Origin: Candidatus Limimonas coprohippi
GTDB taxonomy: Bacteria; Bacillota; Clostridia; Oscillospirales; Acutalibacteraceae
Reading direction: 5' to 3'
Assembly (NCBI GenBank): GCA_018065925.1
Contig: JAGHSI010000015.1
Span: 1 to 42,675 of the forward strand
DNA length: 42,675 nt
Shown here: piece after piece, positions 18,001 to 29,398 of the stretch
Layout of the letters: each line of letters opens with the position of its first letter
How positions within the stretch are numbered: the stretch's first letter is position 1
Notes under the pieces: generated by a model
What the model was told of the DNA's origin: nothing
Seen by the model: the letters and a program-made list of their open reading frames with translations, nothing else
Databases searched by the model: none
Made by a program: the position numbers and the translations under genes

Positions 18001-18955
18001 TATGAACATCGGTCAGGTACTTGAGGTTAACATCGGTATGGCTGCTCGTCGTAAGGGCTGGAAGATTATGACTCCAGTATTCGACGGCGCTCATGAGGAA
18101 GATGTTCAGTACTTCCTTTCAGAATCTAAGCTCCTTGAAGAGGGCACAGATAAGATTCGTGAACTCGTACTCAAGTATGAGGATATGAATAAAGATAAGG
18201 GATTTGTTCTTTTAGACCTTATCGAATTCTTGAAGGCAAACACTAAGACAGAGACGGAACACGCTCTTATTGATGCGGCTTATGAGCATCGTTTTGGTAA
18301 GACACAGCTCATCGATGGACGTACAGGTAAGCCATTCGATAACCCTGTAACTGTTGGTGTCATGTATTACTTGAAACTCCATCACCTTGTTGATGATAAG
18401 ATTCATGCTCGTTCAACAGGTCCTTACTCTCTCGTTACTCAGCAGCCACTCGGTGGTAAAGCTCAGTTCGGTGGCCAGCGTTTCGGTGAGATGGAGGTTT
18501 GGGCACTTGAGGCTTATGGTGCAGCTTATACACTTCAGGAAATTCTTACTATTAAGTCAGACGACATTGTTGGTCGTGTAAAGACATATGAAGCTATTGT
18601 TAAGGGTCAGTCAGTACCTAAGTCAGGTGTTCCAGAATCATTTAAGGTTCTTATTAAGGAACTTCAGGCACTTGGTCTTGACGTTAAGGTTCTTGATAAG
18701 GACGAAAACGAGATTGATCTTAAGCAGAACTTTGACACAGATGACGTAAACTTCCGCCTTGTTGAAAATGAAAACTTCTCACAGCAGATTGTAAATGATG
18801 CTGAAGGTGCAGAAGGTTTTGCTACAACACTTGATGAAAATGGCGAAGTAATTGAAAACGAATTTGACGCAGATGCTGAATTCTCAAATGATCTTGACGA
18901 TCTTGAAGGTCCAACAGATTATGATATGGGCATTGGCGCAGATGACATGGAATAA
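15044..18955 (+). CDS. rpoB: DNA-directed RNA polymerase subunit beta
   Basis: 1303 aa, collinear with the remembered B. subtilis RpoB from the N-terminus (NLIEVQ..SYQWFL) to [24 protein letters not shown]. It carries extra insertions and an acidic tail. Confidence 0.98.
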   Translation: MVSVKETKLGNTTRMNFAKINEVMEMPNLIEVQKNSYQWFLDVGLKEVFRDISEITDYTGNLVLEFVDYKMDETPKYTVKECKERDATYAAPLRVKARLYNKETGEVKESDVYMGDFPLMTESGTFVINGAERAIVSQLVRSPGVYFDMTHDKTGKELFTSTVIPNRGAWLEYESDQNDLFYVRIDKNRKLYITTFIRALGLGTNQEILDFFGADERIMATLEKDTTQNAEEALLEVYKKLRPGEPPTLETAQAHLDGLFFDAHRYDLSRVGRYKYNKKLAISQRLVGNKLARPVINETTGELLADAGEIISVDKAYEIEQAGVTEAFLDVEGKEIKVISNGMVDILPYVKGLKITEEELEKIAINEKVRYSILMEILAEKPKKAALLEILKERATDLIPNHIIIDDIFASINYLNCLASNVGTIDDIDHLGNRRIRSVGELLQNQFRIGFTRMERVVRERMSLQAQEPEKATPQALINIRPVVAAVKEFFGSSPLSQFMDQTNPLAELTHKRRLSALGPGGLSRDRAGFEVRDVHYSHYGRMCPIETPEGPNIGLISYLATFARINKYGFIEAPFRRVDKKTGVVLDEVVYMTADQEDEFRVAQANEPLDAEGHFLRDKVTIRYRDGFAEVDKNVPDFMDVSPRMLVSVATAMIPFLENDDANRALMGSNMQRQAVPLMKTAAPFVGTGMEHKAAVDSGVVVLAKNAGKVIHVDANTIEIETEKGAIDTYELIKFMRSNQGTCVNQRPIVSLGQKVVAKEVIADGPATDHGEISLGKNALIGFMTWEGYNYEDAVLLNEKIVRDDVYTSIHIEEYELEARDTKLGPEEITRDIPNVGDDALADLDEFGIIRVGAEVHSGDILVGKVTPKGETELTAEERLLRAIFGEKAREVRDTSLRVPHGEYGIVVNVEVFTRENSDELSPGVNKVVRCYIAQKRKIQVGDKMAGRHGNKGVVSRILPQEDMPFLPDGTPLDIVLNPLGVPSRMNIGQVLEVNIGMAARRKGWKIMTPVFDGAHEEDVQYFLSESKLLEEGTDKIRELVLKYEDMNKDKGFVLLDLIEFLKANTKTETEHALIDAAYEHRFGKTQLIDGRTGKPFDNPVTVGVMYYLKLHHLVDDKIHARSTGPYSLVTQQPLGGKAQFGGQRFGEMEVWALEAYGAAYTLQEILTIKSDDIVGRVKTYEAIVKGQSVPKSGVPESFKVLIKELQALGLDVKVLDKDENEIDLKQNFDTDDVNFRLVENENFSQQIVNDAEGAEGFATTLDENGEVIENEFDADAEFSNDLDDLEGPTDYDMGIGADDME

Positions 18956-18970
18956 GGAGGGTGAGTTACA

Positions 18971-21900
18971 ATGACTGATATTCAACCAATTGCAACAAAT
19001 GAAATTGAATTTGAATCTATTAAAATTGGCCTCGCTTCTCCAGATGCTATTAGAGCTTGGTCATATGGCGAAGTAAAGAAGCCAGAAACTATTAACTATA
19101 GAACTTTAAAGCCAGAGCGTGACGGTCTCTACTGTGAGCGTATCTTTGGTCCAACAAAGGACTGGGAGTGCTACTGCGGTAAGTATAAGAGAATCCGTTA
19201 TAAGGGTAAGATTTGTGAACGCTGCGGTGTTGAAATCACTAAGGCAAAGGTTCGTCGTGAGCGTATGGGTCACGTTGAACTCGCTGCTCCTGTTTCTCAC
19301 ATCTGGTATTTCAAGGGTATTCCATCACGTATGGGTCTCATGCTTGATATTAGCCCAAGAAATCTTGAAAAAGTTCTTTATTTTGCACTCTATATCGTAA
19401 CAGACCCAGGTACTACTCCACTTGAAAAATATCAGGTTCTTTCTGAGAAAGAATACGAAGATATGCGCGAGAAGTATGAGGACGAGTTCGAAGCAGGAAT
19501 GGGTGCTGAATCAATCAAGAAACTTCTTGCTGAAATTGATGTACCAGAACTCGCAAAGAAACTTCGTGAAGAGCTTGAAGGTGCTTCTGGCCAGAAGAGA
19601 GCAAGAATTCTTAAGAGACTTGAAGTTGTTGAAGCATTCAACAGTTCAGGTAACAAGCCTGAGTGGATGATTCTCGATGTAATTCCTGTAATTCCACCAG
19701 ACATCAGACCTATGGTACAGCTTGACGGTGGTCGTTTTGCTACATCAGACTTGAACGATCTCTACAGAAGAGTTATTAACCGTAACAACCGTCTTAAGAG
19801 ACTTCTTGAACTCGGTGCTCCTGATATCATCATCCGCAACGAGAAGAGAATGCTCCAAGAAGCTGTTGACGCACTTATCGATAATGGTCGTCGTGGCCGT
19901 CCTGTTACAGGTCCTAACAATAGACCTCTTAAGTCACTTTCTGACATGCTTAAAGGTAAGCAGGGACGTTTCCGTCAGAACCTTCTTGGTAAGCGTGTTG
20001 ACTACTCAGGACGTTCTGTTATCGTCGTAGGTCCAGAACTTAAAATGTATCAGTGCGGTCTTCCAAAGGAGATGGCACTTGAGCTCTTTAAGCCATTCGT
20101 TATGAAGCGTCTTGTTGAGACTGGTATTGCCGGCAACATCAAGTCAGCTCGTAAGATGGTTGAGCGTTCAAAGGACGAGGTTTGGGATGCACTTGAAGTG
20201 GTAATTAAGGATCACCCAGTAATGCTCAACCGTGCTCCTACACTTCACAGACTTGGTATTCAGGCATTTGAGCCTGTGCTTGTTGATGGCCGTGCTATTA
20301 AGCTCCATCCACTTGCATGTACAGCCTTCAACGCCGACTTCGATGGTGACCAGATGGCTGTTCACGTACCTCTTTCTGCTGAAGCACAGGCTGAGGCTCG
20401 TTTCCTCATGCTTGCAGCAAATAACTTGCTTAAGCCTTCAGATGGACGTCCTGTAACAGTTCCTACACAGGACATGGTTCTTGGTTCATACTACTTGTCA
20501 CTCGACAAAGATGGTGAGCCAGGTGAGGGTAAAGTATTCCGTGATGTTGATGAGGCTCAGATGGCATTCGATGAGGGTGCAATCACACTTCACTCAAAGA
20601 TCAAGGTTCGTATGACAAAGGTTATCGACGGTGTTGAGAAGACAGAGCTTGTTGATGCTACACTTGGTAAAATCATTTTCAACAACCCAATCCCACAGGA
20701 TCTTGGTTTCGTTGATAGATCAATCCCAGGCAACGAATTCAAACTTGAGTGCGACTTCCTTATCACTAAGAAATCACTTGGTAAGATTATTGAACGTTGT
20801 ATCGAAGTTCACGGTACAGCTAAGACATCTGTAGTTCTTGACGCAGTTAAGGCTCAGGGTTATAAATATTCAACACTTTCTGGTATTACAGTAGCCGTTT
20901 CAGATGCTAAGATTCCTGAATCAAAGAAAGTAAGTATCGCTTCAACAGAGGCTCATATCGATCAGATTGATAAACTCTATAAGCGTGGTATGCTTTCAGC
21001 TGATGAGGCATCAAGACTTAAACTTGGTGCTTGGGACCGTTGTACAAAGGAAGTATCTGCTGGTCTTAAGGACAACCTCGGTAAGTACAACCCAATCTTC
21101 ATGATGATTGATTCTGGTGCCCGTGGTTCTGACTCACAGCTTAACCAGCTCGCTGGTATGCGTGGTCTTATTGCAAATACATCTGGTAAGACAATCGAAA
21201 TCCCAATTCGTGCTAACTACCGTGAAGGTCTTAATATTCTCGAATACTTCATTTCTTCTCGTGGTGCTCGTAAAGGTCTTGCAGATACAGCTCTTCGTAC
21301 AGCTGACTCTGGTTACCTTACTCGTCGTCTTGTAGACGTATCACAGGAGATTATCGTTCGCGAAGAGGACTGTGGATGCCACGATGGTATTCTCGTATAT
21401 GACATCTATGCTGATGGCCGTGTAATCGAGGAACTTTCAGAGCGTCTTGATGGTCGTTATCTCCTTGATGATCTCGTTGACGAGAAGACAGGTGAGCTCA
21501 TCCAGTCATCACAGAAGATGATGCGTAAGGATGACGCCGCTCGCGTTGCTGATTACGTAAAGGCTCACACAAAGGAAGGCGAGCGCGCTGAAATTATGAT
21601 TCGCTCACTTCTTACATGTCAGTCACAGCATGGTGTATGTATGCACTGCTACGGCCGTAACCTTGCTACAGGTGGTCCTGTAACAGTTGGTGAGGCTATC
21701 GGTATCATCGCTGCTCAGTCAATCGGTGAGCCTGGTACACAGCTTACAATGCGTACTTTCCATACTGGTGGTGTTGCTTCTGCAGCAGATATCACACAGG
21801 GTCTTCCAAGAGTTGAAGAACTCTTTGAGGCACGTAAGCCAAAGACTCTCGCTATTCTTTCAGAAATCTCTGGTATTGCTTCAATTCAGGAGATTAAGAA

Positions 21901-22618
21901 GAGTAAGTACGTAGTAGTAACAAATGCTGAAGAGGGTATTGAAAAGCAGTACCTTATCCCTTACGGTCTCCGTCTCCGCCAGAGAATTCAGGAGGGTGCA
22001 GAGATTGCAAAGGGCGAAGCCTTGACAGAAGGTTCACTCAATCCACATGATCTCCTTGACATCATGGGTGTAGACGCAGTTTACGATTACCTTATTCGTG
22101 AAGTACAGTCTGCATACCGTACTCAGGGTGTTGATATCAACGATAAGCACATTGAGGTTATCATCCGCCAGATGATGAAGAAGGTTAAGGTTGACGAAGT
22201 TGGTGAATCTGAGCTTCTCTCAGGTACAGTAATTGATAAGTCTGAATTCTATGCTGAGTATAGAAGAATTAAGAAGCTTGCGAAGTCAGAGGGCAGAGAA
22301 CCTGCACTCCCAACTTATATTCCAATGCTTCTTGGTATCACAAAGGCTTCTCTTGCAACTGACTCATTCCTTTCAGCCGCTTCATTCCAGGAGACAACAC
22401 GAGTACTTACAGACGCCGCTATCAAGGGCAAGGTTGATACTCTTCAGGGTCTTAAAGAGAACGTTATTATTGGTAAACTTCTCCCATCTGGTACAGGCAT
22501 GAAGTGCTACTGCGATGTAGACGCGAAGAAGGTAGGCTCAGAATTTAACACAATTTCTTCTGACCTCTTCCTCGATCTCGAAGATGATGAACTCGTTTCA
22601 GATGAAGACGAGGACTAA
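18971..22618 (+). CDS. rpoC: DNA-directed RNA polymerase subunit beta'
   Basis: 1215 aa with the Zn-finger [20 protein letters not shown], the catalytic NADFDGDQM motif and an acidic C-terminus. Confidence 0.98.
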   Translation: MTDIQPIATNEIEFESIKIGLASPDAIRAWSYGEVKKPETINYRTLKPERDGLYCERIFGPTKDWECYCGKYKRIRYKGKICERCGVEITKAKVRRERMGHVELAAPVSHIWYFKGIPSRMGLMLDISPRNLEKVLYFALYIVTDPGTTPLEKYQVLSEKEYEDMREKYEDEFEAGMGAESIKKLLAEIDVPELAKKLREELEGASGQKRARILKRLEVVEAFNSSGNKPEWMILDVIPVIPPDIRPMVQLDGGRFATSDLNDLYRRVINRNNRLKRLLELGAPDIIIRNEKRMLQEAVDALIDNGRRGRPVTGPNNRPLKSLSDMLKGKQGRFRQNLLGKRVDYSGRSVIVVGPELKMYQCGLPKEMALELFKPFVMKRLVETGIAGNIKSARKMVERSKDEVWDALEVVIKDHPVMLNRAPTLHRLGIQAFEPVLVDGRAIKLHPLACTAFNADFDGDQMAVHVPLSAEAQAEARFLMLAANNLLKPSDGRPVTVPTQDMVLGSYYLSLDKDGEPGEGKVFRDVDEAQMAFDEGAITLHSKIKVRMTKVIDGVEKTELVDATLGKIIFNNPIPQDLGFVDRSIPGNEFKLECDFLITKKSLGKIIERCIEVHGTAKTSVVLDAVKAQGYKYSTLSGITVAVSDAKIPESKKVSIASTEAHIDQIDKLYKRGMLSADEASRLKLGAWDRCTKEVSAGLKDNLGKYNPIFMMIDSGARGSDSQLNQLAGMRGLIANTSGKTIEIPIRANYREGLNILEYFISSRGARKGLADTALRTADSGYLTRRLVDVSQEIIVREEDCGCHDGILVYDIYADGRVIEELSERLDGRYLLDDLVDEKTGELIQSSQKMMRKDDAARVADYVKAHTKEGERAEIMIRSLLTCQSQHGVCMHCYGRNLATGGPVTVGEAIGIIAAQSIGEPGTQLTMRTFHTGGVASAADITQGLPRVEELFEARKPKTLAILSEISGIASIQEIKKSKYVVVTNAEEGIEKQYLIPYGLRLRQRIQEGAEIAKGEALTEGSLNPHDLLDIMGVDAVYDYLIREVQSAYRTQGVDINDKHIEVIIRQMMKKVKVDEVGESELLSGTVIDKSEFYAEYRRIKKLAKSEGREPALPTYIPMLLGITKASLATDSFLSAASFQETTRVLTDAAIKGKVDTLQGLKENVIIGKLLPSGTGMKCYCDVDAKKVGSEFNTISSDLFLDLEDDELVSDEDED

Positions 22619-22651
22619 TAAATAGCCTTAAAACTACATAACTAAGTATAT

Positions 22652-22685
22652 TTACCCTATTGACATCGACTTGCCAATAGGGTAA
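22652..22685 (+). repeat. Perfect 11-bp inverted repeat TTACCCTATTG-N12-CAATAGGGTAA
   Basis: Read directly from the sequence. It spans the -35 to -10 elements of the rpsL promoter and lies in the rpoC 3' flank. Confidence 0.7.
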
Positions 22686-22688
22686 AAT
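22660..22688 (+). promoter_or_regulatory. str-operon (rpsL) promoter
   Basis: TTGACA, 17-nt spacer, TAAAAT. Confidence 0.55.
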
Positions 22689-22754
22689 ACTATCTTGCCT
22701 ACGCATATTTTTCTATAATATAAATAGGTTATATTATTATTGGAGGTGAATAGA

Positions 22755-23177
22755 TTGCCAACATTTAACCAACTTGTTCGTCAGGGTAGACAGACATCTG
22801 TTAAGAAGTCAGGTGCTCCAGCACTTGGTAAGGGTCTCAACTCAAAGAAGAATGTTATGACTGATAACAATTCTCCACAGAAGAGAGGCGTATGTACAGC
22901 TGTTAAAACTGCAACACCTAAGAAGCCTAACTCAGCTCTTCGTAAGATTGCCAGAGTTCGTCTTACTAATGGTATCGAAGTTTCAGCTTATATCCCAGGT
23001 GTAGGCCACAACCTTCAGGAACATAGCGTTGTACTTATCAGAGGCGGCCGTGTTAAGGACCTTCCTGGTGTACGTTACCATATTATCCGTGGTACACTCG
23101 ATACTCAGGGCGTTACTGACCGTATGCAGTCCCGTTCAAAGTACGGTGCTAAAAGACCAAAGGCTAAGAAAGCCTAA
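22755..23177 (+). CDS. rpsL: 30S ribosomal protein S12
   Basis: TTG start 6 nt after GGAGGTG yields (M)[11 protein letters not shown], the canonical S12 N-terminus. The [10 protein letters not shown] motif is present. Confidence 0.95.
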   Translation: MPTFNQLVRQGRQTSVKKSGAPALGKGLNSKKNVMTDNNSPQKRGVCTAVKTATPKKPNSALRKIARVRLTNGIEVSAYIPGVGHNLQEHSVVLIRGGRVKDLPGVRYHIIRGTLDTQGVTDRMQSRSKYGAKRPKAKKA

Positions 23178-23236
23178 ACCAAAACACGAGATTAACGACA
23201 GAATCTTCTTGCAGGCTGCATAATTTATTTATGCAA

Positions 23237-23279
23237 CCAATGTAAGAGTGCTTATATATATTAAGTCCTCTTTCATTGG
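23237..23279 (+). promoter_or_regulatory. Stem-loop in the long rpsL-rpsG spacer (candidate S7 autoregulatory structure)
   Basis: CCAATGTAAGAG ... CTCTTTCATTGG (12-nt arms, one mismatch). A second hairpin TGCATAA-tttat-TTATGCA lies just upstream. Confidence 0.3.
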
Positions 23280-23341
23280 CGCCACGAGAACTTTGTCACT
23301 CGAGTACCTAAGATATCATTAATATGAAGGAGGGAAGCGAA

Positions 23342-23812
23342 GTGCCAAGAAGAGGCCAGATTGCAAAACGTGATGTTTTGCCAGATCCGCTTTACAATTC
23401 AAAACTCGTAACACGTTTAATTAACAATGTTATGCTTGATGGTAAGAAGGGTGTAGCTCAGAGAATTGTCTACGACGCTTTTGATATCATCAAGGAAAAG
23501 ACAGGAAGAGAACCACTTGAGGTTTTCGAAGAAGCAATGGAAAATGTAATGCCATTGCTTGAGGTAAAGGCTCGCCGTATCGGTGGTGCTACTTACCAGG
23601 TACCTATCGAGGTACGTCCAGAGAGAAGACAGACACTCGGTCTTCGTTGGATTACTCTTTTCTCACGTCAGCGTTCAGAGAGAACAATGAAAGAGAGACT
23701 TGCAAACGAGATCCTTGATGCTATTAACCAGTCAGGTGGAGCATTCAAGAGAAAAGAAGAAATGCACAGAATGGCAGAGGCTAATAAGGCTTTTGCACAT
23801 TTCAGATATTAA
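23342..23812 (+). CDS. rpsG: 30S ribosomal protein S7
   Basis: GTG start after GAAGGAGG gives (M)[19 protein letters not shown], the canonical S7 N-terminus. Confidence 0.95.
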   Translation: MPRRGQIAKRDVLPDPLYNSKLVTRLINNVMLDGKKGVAQRIVYDAFDIIKEKTGREPLEVFEEAMENVMPLLEVKARRIGGATYQVPIEVRPERRQTLGLRWITLFSRQRSERTMKERLANEILDAINQSGGAFKRKEEMHRMAEANKAFAHFRY

Positions 23813-23847
23813 TCTGAGCATTGTTTGCAATTAACAGGAGGTAAATA

Positions 23848-25926
23848 ATGCCTAGACAGGTATCACTTGAAATGACAAGAAATATCGGTATCATGGCTCA
23901 CATCGATGCCGGTAAGACAACAACTACAGAGCGTATTCTCTATTACACTGGTGTTAACCATAAGATGGGTGAAACACATGACGGTGGCGCTACCATGGAC
24001 TGGATGGCTCAGGAGCAAGAGCGTGGTATCACAATCACTTCTGCTGCTACAACATGTTTCTGGAAAGAACACCGTATTAATATCATCGACACTCCGGGCC
24101 ACGTAGACTTTACAGTAGAAGTACAGCGTTCACTTCGTGTACTTGATGGTTCTGTAACAGTTCTTTGTGCAAAGGGTGGCGTTGAGCCTCAGTCTGAGAC
24201 TGTATGGCGTCAGGCTGATGAATATCATGTACCTAGAATGATCTATGTTAATAAGATGGATATCATGGGTGCTGATTTCTATAACGTACTTGATATGATC
24301 AAGGATCGTTTCAAATGTAACGCAGTTCCAATTCAGCTTCCTATCGGAGTTGAGCAGACATTCAGAGGCATCATTGACCTTGTTAATATGCGTGCTGAAG
24401 TTTACTATGACGACATGGGTAAGGATGTTCGTGATGAGGATATTCCTGCTGACATGATGGAACTTGCTAATAAGTATCATGATGAGCTTCTTGAAAGCGT
24501 TGCTACAATCGACGAAGAGCTCATGCTTAAGTACTTAGATGGCGAAGAGCTTACTGTTGATGAAATCAAGAAAGCTATTCGTAAAGCAACAATTGCAAAT
24601 GAGATGGTACCAGTTTGCTGTGGTACTTCTTATAGAAATAAGGGCGTTCAGCCACTTCTTGATGCTATTGTTGACTATATGCCAGCTCCAACAGACGTAG
24701 AAGCTATCAAGGGTATCAACCCTAAGACAGACGAAGAGGAAGTTAGACATTCTTCTGACACTGAGCCATTTGCAGCTCTTGCATTCAAGATTGCAACTGA
24801 CCCATTTGTTGGTAAGCTCTGCTTCTTCCGTGTATACTCTGGTACAGTAGAAGCTGGTGCAACAGTTCTTAACTCAGTTAAGGATAAGAACGAGCGTATG
24901 GGACGTATTCTTCAGATGCACGCAAACCACAGACAGGACCTTGACATCGTTTACGCTGGTGACATCGCTGCTTGTGTAGGTGTTAAGAATACAACAACAG
25001 GTGATACACTCTGTGATCCTAAACACCCAGTTATCCTTGAGTCAATGAACTTCCCTGAGCCTGTTATTCGTGTAGCTATCGAACCAAAGACCAAGGCTGG
25101 TCAGGAAAAGATGGGTATTGCTCTTGCAAAGCTTGCAGAGGAAGATCCAACATTCAAGTGCTACACTGACGAAGAGACAGGTCAGACAATTATCGCTGGT
25201 ATGGGTGAGCTTCACCTTGAAATTATCGTAGATAGACTTCTTCGTGAATTCAAGATTGAAGCAAACGTTGGTAAGCCACAGGTTGCTTACCGTGAGACAA
25301 TTACTGCCGAAGCTGATGAGGACTGTAAGTATAAGAGACAGTCTGGTGGTTCTGGTCAGTACGCCCATGTCAAGATTAAGATTGAGCCTAACCCAGAGAA
25401 GGGTTACGAGTTCGTAAACGCTGTTGTCGGCGGTTCTGTTCCTAAGGAGTATATCCCAGCAGCAGAACAGGGCATCAAGGGCGCTATGCTCTCAGGTGTA
25501 CTTGCTGGTTATAACGTTGAGGACGTTAAGGTAACACTTTACGATGGTTCTTACCATGAGGTAGACTCATCTGAAATGGCATTCAAGATCTGCGGATCTA
25601 TGGCATTTAAGAACGCTATGAAGAAGGCAGCTCCAGTACTTATGGAACCTATGATGAAGGTTTCAGTTACAACACCTGATGACTATGTTGGTGATGTTAT
25701 TGGTGACATTAACTCACGTCGTGGTCTCATGAAGGGTATGGAGCCAAGAAACGGTGCAACAATGATCACTGCATTCGTTCCACTTGCCAACATGTTTGGT
25801 TATGCTACAGACCTTCGTTCAAAGACACAGGGTCGTGCTTCATACGTTATGGAGCCTTCACACTATACTGAGGTTCCAAAGTCAATCGCAGAACAGATTA
25901 TGACTGATCGTTCAAAGAAAGACTAA
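23848..25926 (+). CDS. fusA: Elongation factor G
   Basis: [17 protein letters not shown] and NKMD motifs; 692 aa. Confidence 0.98.
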   Translation: MPRQVSLEMTRNIGIMAHIDAGKTTTTERILYYTGVNHKMGETHDGGATMDWMAQEQERGITITSAATTCFWKEHRINIIDTPGHVDFTVEVQRSLRVLDGSVTVLCAKGGVEPQSETVWRQADEYHVPRMIYVNKMDIMGADFYNVLDMIKDRFKCNAVPIQLPIGVEQTFRGIIDLVNMRAEVYYDDMGKDVRDEDIPADMMELANKYHDELLESVATIDEELMLKYLDGEELTVDEIKKAIRKATIANEMVPVCCGTSYRNKGVQPLLDAIVDYMPAPTDVEAIKGINPKTDEEEVRHSSDTEPFAALAFKIATDPFVGKLCFFRVYSGTVEAGATVLNSVKDKNERMGRILQMHANHRQDLDIVYAGDIAACVGVKNTTTGDTLCDPKHPVILESMNFPEPVIRVAIEPKTKAGQEKMGIALAKLAEEDPTFKCYTDEETGQTIIAGMGELHLEIIVDRLLREFKIEANVGKPQVAYRETITAEADEDCKYKRQSGGSGQYAHVKIKIEPNPEKGYEFVNAVVGGSVPKEYIPAAEQGIKGAMLSGVLAGYNVEDVKVTLYDGSYHEVDSSEMAFKICGSMAFKNAMKKAAPVLMEPMMKVSVTTPDDYVGDVIGDINSRRGLMKGMEPRNGATMITAFVPLANMFGYATDLRSKTQGRASYVMEPSHYTEVPKSIAEQIMTDRSKKD

Positions 25927-25941
25927 GAAGTTTAATAATGC

Positions 25942-25970
25942 TTGATTTAAAAGTATTATTTTGTTAGAAT
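25942..25970 (+). promoter_or_regulatory. Possible internal promoter for tuf
   Basis: TTGATT, 17-nt spacer, TAGAAT in the fusA-tuf spacer. Confidence 0.4.
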
Positions 25971-26014
25971 ATTAAAGAATTTTATTCATATGTGATTAAA
26001 AGGAGGAAATTCCC

Positions 26015-27214
26015 ATGGCAAAAGAACATTTCAACCGATCAAAGCCACATGTTAACATCGGTACAATCGGTCACGTTGACCACGGTAAGACAACACTTAC
26101 AGCAGCTATTACAAAGGCTCTTTCAATGAAGGGTTATGCAAAGTTTGAAGATTATTCAGCTATTGATAAGGCTCCAGAAGAGAGAGAGCGTGGTATTACA
26201 ATTAACACAGCTCACGTAGAGTATGAGACAGACAACCGTCACTATGCTCACGTTGACTGCCCAGGCCATGCCGACTACATCAAGAACATGATCACTGGTG
26301 CAGCTCAGATGGACGGTGCTATCATCGTTATCGCTTCAACAGATGGTCCTATGGCTCAGACAAAGGAGCACCTTCTCCTTGCTCGCCAGGTTGGCGTTCC
26401 AGCAATCATCGTATTCATGAACAAGGTTGATCAGGTTGATGACCCTGAGCTCCTTGAACTCGTAGAGATGGAAATTCGTGAAACTCTTGCTGAGTACGAA
26501 TTTGACGACGAGTGCCCAGTAATCAAGGGTTCTGCTCTTAAGGCTCTTGAGTATTCAGGCGGCGACATCAACGCTCCAGAGCTTGCTCCTATCTGGGAAC
26601 TCATGGATGCTGTTGATTCATACATCCCAACACCTGACCGTAAGGCTGACATGCCATTCCTTATGCCAGTAGAGGACGTATTCACAATCACAGGTCGTGG
26701 TACAGTTGCTACAGGTAGAGTAGAGCGTGGACAGCTCAAGACAGGCGAGGAAATCGAAATCGTTGGTCTTACAGAAGAGAAGAAGAAGACAGTATGTACA
26801 GGTATCGAGATGTTCAGAAAGATCCTCGACTACGCTGAGGCTGGTGACAACATCGGTTGTCTTCTCCGTGGTATTGAGCGTACAGGTATTGAGCGTGGAC
26901 AGGTTCTTGCTAAGCCAGACTCAATTCACCCACACACAAAGTTCCATGGCCAGGTTTACGTATTGAGCAAAGAAGAAGGCGGACGTCATACTCCATTCTT
27001 CAACAACTACAGACCACAGTTCTACTTCAGAACAACTGACGTAACTGGTGTTATCAACCTTCCAGCTGGCACAGAGATGTGTATGCCTGGTGATAACGTA
27101 GAGATGGATGTTGAACTTATCACTCCAATCGCTATCGAAGAAGGTCTTCGTTTCGCTATCCGTGAAGGTGGCCGTACAGTAGGTTCAGGCGTTGTTACAA
27201 AAATCAACGAATAA
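26015..27214 (+). CDS. tuf: Elongation factor Tu
   Basis: [17 protein letters not shown] and NKVD motifs; 399 aa. Confidence 0.98.
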   Translation: MAKEHFNRSKPHVNIGTIGHVDHGKTTLTAAITKALSMKGYAKFEDYSAIDKAPEERERGITINTAHVEYETDNRHYAHVDCPGHADYIKNMITGAAQMDGAIIVIASTDGPMAQTKEHLLLARQVGVPAIIVFMNKVDQVDDPELLELVEMEIRETLAEYEFDDECPVIKGSALKALEYSGGDINAPELAPIWELMDAVDSYIPTPDRKADMPFLMPVEDVFTITGRGTVATGRVERGQLKTGEEIEIVGLTEEKKKTVCTGIEMFRKILDYAEAGDNIGCLLRGIERTGIERGQVLAKPDSIHPHTKFHGQVYVLSKEEGGRHTPFFNNYRPQFYFRTTDVTGVINLPAGTEMCMPGDNVEMDVELITPIAIEEGLRFAIREGGRTVGSGVVTKINE

Positions 27215-27231
27215 TTGAATTACTAAGAATT

Positions 27232-27261
27232 GAGCGTTGCTTTTAGCAACGCTCTTTTTTT
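27232..27261 (+). terminator. Rho-independent terminator of the str operon
   Basis: GAGCGTTGC-tttta-GCAACGCTC followed by 7 T. Confidence 0.9.
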
Positions 27262-27352
27262 ATTCATTGTTACCGAAAAATGAACAAAATACATCTTAAA
27301 TGGTGCAATCGTAACAAATTGAATACAAATATTTACAAGTTAAATTTGCTAC

Positions 27353-27380
27353 TTGTAAGCGTATTTTTTTGTGCTAAAAT
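27353..27380 (+). promoter_or_regulatory. Candidate promoter of the orphan lipoprotein gene
   Basis: TTGTAA, 16-nt spacer, TGcTAAAAT (extended -10). The -35 lies in the inverted repeat TTACAAGT-N10-ACTTGTAA. Confidence 0.4.
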
Positions 27381-27425
27381 AACGATTGTTTTATTGTCTA
27401 TATTATTGAGAGGAATTTTACTCAT

Positions 27426-28526
27426 ATGAAACAGTATTTAAGTGTTTTATTATGTTTGGTTCTATGCACTGTATTGATAATCTTTGCATTTGGTTGTTCA
27501 AGTATTAAGAATCCTGGCCAAACACCCGTCGGGACACTAAAATACATAGGAAGCAGAGACTTAAAAGCTAAATCTGACTCTAATATTACTGTTGCTGATG
27601 TCTTAGAAGATGTGAGCGAAATTGATCTCAATATGAAAATGGGAGATATTACAGGGCTTACTCTAAAAACAGAAAAAAATGAGGAAGATTCCACTTCGAT
27701 TGATTACTATTATCGTAACGATGAGCTTATTTATGCTGTCTATAATGGATATGGTGAAAATGTTTGGGAATATTACACCACATCAAAAGCTGGAACTCCT
27801 ATTTCTGTTTCTTTTTGGGATGAGGGCTTAGGTCCAAATGTAAGAATTAAGACAAATGATGAGTCTTTAAAATATCAGTATAATGTATATTATGAAAATG
27901 TTGGTACTGATTACGGAAATGGCGCTGAAAAAATTGACGTAACTATTTCAGCAGGCGATGAGCACTTTACTAATACTATTTCTGGAAATGTTTATTATAT
28001 TTCTTCAGCATTATACTGGAAAGATAAAAGTCTTCATTATTACACTGCAGATGCCGAAAAGGGAAAAATCACATACGAATATGATAATGAAGTTATCTCA
28101 TCTGATCCTCCAAAAGCAAATAAGGATGCTTTAGAAGTAATTAAAGGGCTTAAAGGACTTCAGGACATTAATATTGTATATGGTACTCATAAAGTGTACT
28201 TAAACCAGGATGGAACATTCTTTATAAATGCTAAAACTACGTTGTTTATCGACACAGAGCGCAATGCAAATGATGCGATTTCGAAACTCAAAAGCACATC
28301 TGTAAAGGATAGTGACTTTACAGTAGAAGAAAATGAGGACACTGGAGAGTTTGAAGTGACTCTTGGAGCCCTTACCTACGAGGTTTCAAAGGATTATGAG
28401 AATCTCAAAGAATCGATGATTTCTATGGCAAGTGAAGAAGTTGATGATCCTTCGTTTAGAACAGTTGATTTTGATTCTGATAACAACCTTTTGAAGATGG
28501 ACTTTTCAAAATATCAACTTTATTGA
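27426..28526 (+). CDS. Lipoprotein of unknown function (366 aa)
   Basis: Signal peptide with lipobox FGCSS. The mature part is Asn/Tyr/Asp/Glu-rich with no motif I recognise. Strong terminators flank both sides. The gene is visibly more AT-rich than its neighbours. Confidence 0.8.
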   Translation: MKQYLSVLLCLVLCTVLIIFAFGCSSIKNPGQTPVGTLKYIGSRDLKAKSDSNITVADVLEDVSEIDLNMKMGDITGLTLKTEKNEEDSTSIDYYYRNDELIYAVYNGYGENVWEYYTTSKAGTPISVSFWDEGLGPNVRIKTNDESLKYQYNVYYENVGTDYGNGAEKIDVTISAGDEHFTNTISGNVYYISSALYWKDKSLHYYTADAEKGKITYEYDNEVISSDPPKANKDALEVIKGLKGLQDINIVYGTHKVYLNQDGTFFINAKTTLFIDTERNANDAISKLKSTSVKDSDFTVEENEDTGEFEVTLGALTYEVSKDYENLKESMISMASEEVDDPSFRTVDFDSDNNLLKMDFSKYQLY

Positions 28527-28542
28527 TGTTAATAAATTTGAC

Positions 28543-28575
28543 AAAAACGGTGAGGGATTCCTCACCGTTTTTCGT
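28543..28575 (+). terminator. Rho-independent terminator
   Basis: AAAAACGGTGAGG-gatt-CCTCACCGTTTTT. Confidence 0.9.
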
Positions 28576-28586
28576 TTTGTTTTGTC

Positions 28587-28615
28587 TTTACACCTTTGAG
28601 CATTTAAGGTAAAAT
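28587..28615 (+). promoter_or_regulatory. pyrH operon promoter
   Basis: TTTACA, 17-nt spacer, TAAAAT. Confidence 0.5.
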
Positions 28616-28658
28616 ATTACTTGTTAACTTCATTTATTATAAAGAGGGGTTGTTTAAT

Positions 28659-29369
28659 ATGGCACCTAAATTTAAACGCATTTTATTAAAACTCTCTGGC
28701 GAAGTCCTTGCCGGTGAGCAGGGCCACGGCTTTGACTTCGACGTTATAACCGACATCGCAAAAGCTGTGAAGCAGATTTCTGATTCAGGCTGCGAAGTCG
28801 GCATAGTAATCGGCGGAGGCAATTTCTGGCGTGGCCGTTCAAGCGGATCAATGGATAGAGTACGAGCTGACTCAATTGGTATGCTCGGCACAGTTATGAA
28901 CTCTATTGCCTTTGCAGACACATTGGAGCAGCTCGGCTGTAAGACTAGAGTTTACACTTCTGTAAACATGGCTCCACTTGCAAAGTTCTTTGATTCACAT
29001 GAGGCAAGAAAAGATCTTTCAGATGGTTATGTTACTATTTTTGGTGGCGGAACAGGAAGTCCATTTTTCTCAACTGATACTACAGCATCGCTTCGTGCTG
29101 CTGAGATTGAGGCAGAGGTAATCTTCAAAGCAACAAATGTTGACGGCGTATATGACAAGGATCCTAATAAATATCCTGATGCCGTTAAGTTTGATGAGAT
29201 TTCACAGTCGGATCTTCTTAACAAGGGACTTGCTGTTATGGATGCATCAGCTGCATCAATGTGCCGTGACAATGGTATAAACATTTTTGTATTTAACCTT
29301 ACAGACCCACAGAATATTGTTCGCGCTGTAAACGGTGAGAATATTGGAACACTCGTTTCTAGTAAGTAA
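28659..29369 (+). CDS. pyrH: UMP kinase
   Basis: ATG 28659 follows AGAGGGG. Contains KRILLKLSGE, a GGGNFWRG motif and GGGTGSPFFSTDTTA. Confidence 0.95.
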   Translation: MAPKFKRILLKLSGEVLAGEQGHGFDFDVITDIAKAVKQISDSGCEVGIVIGGGNFWRGRSSGSMDRVRADSIGMLGTVMNSIAFADTLEQLGCKTRVYTSVNMAPLAKFFDSHEARKDLSDGYVTIFGGGTGSPFFSTDTTASLRAAEIEAEVIFKATNVDGVYDKDPNKYPDAVKFDEISQSDLLNKGLAVMDASAASMCRDNGINIFVFNLTDPQNIVRAVNGENIGTLVSSK

Positions 29370-29398
29370 TAAATTCAAATTCTAATAGAGGTGACATT

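Noticed and set aside
22652-22685. Inverted repeat considered as the rpoC intrinsic terminator.
   Set aside because: No U-tract follows the stem on either strand. It is kept only as a repeat or possible operator.
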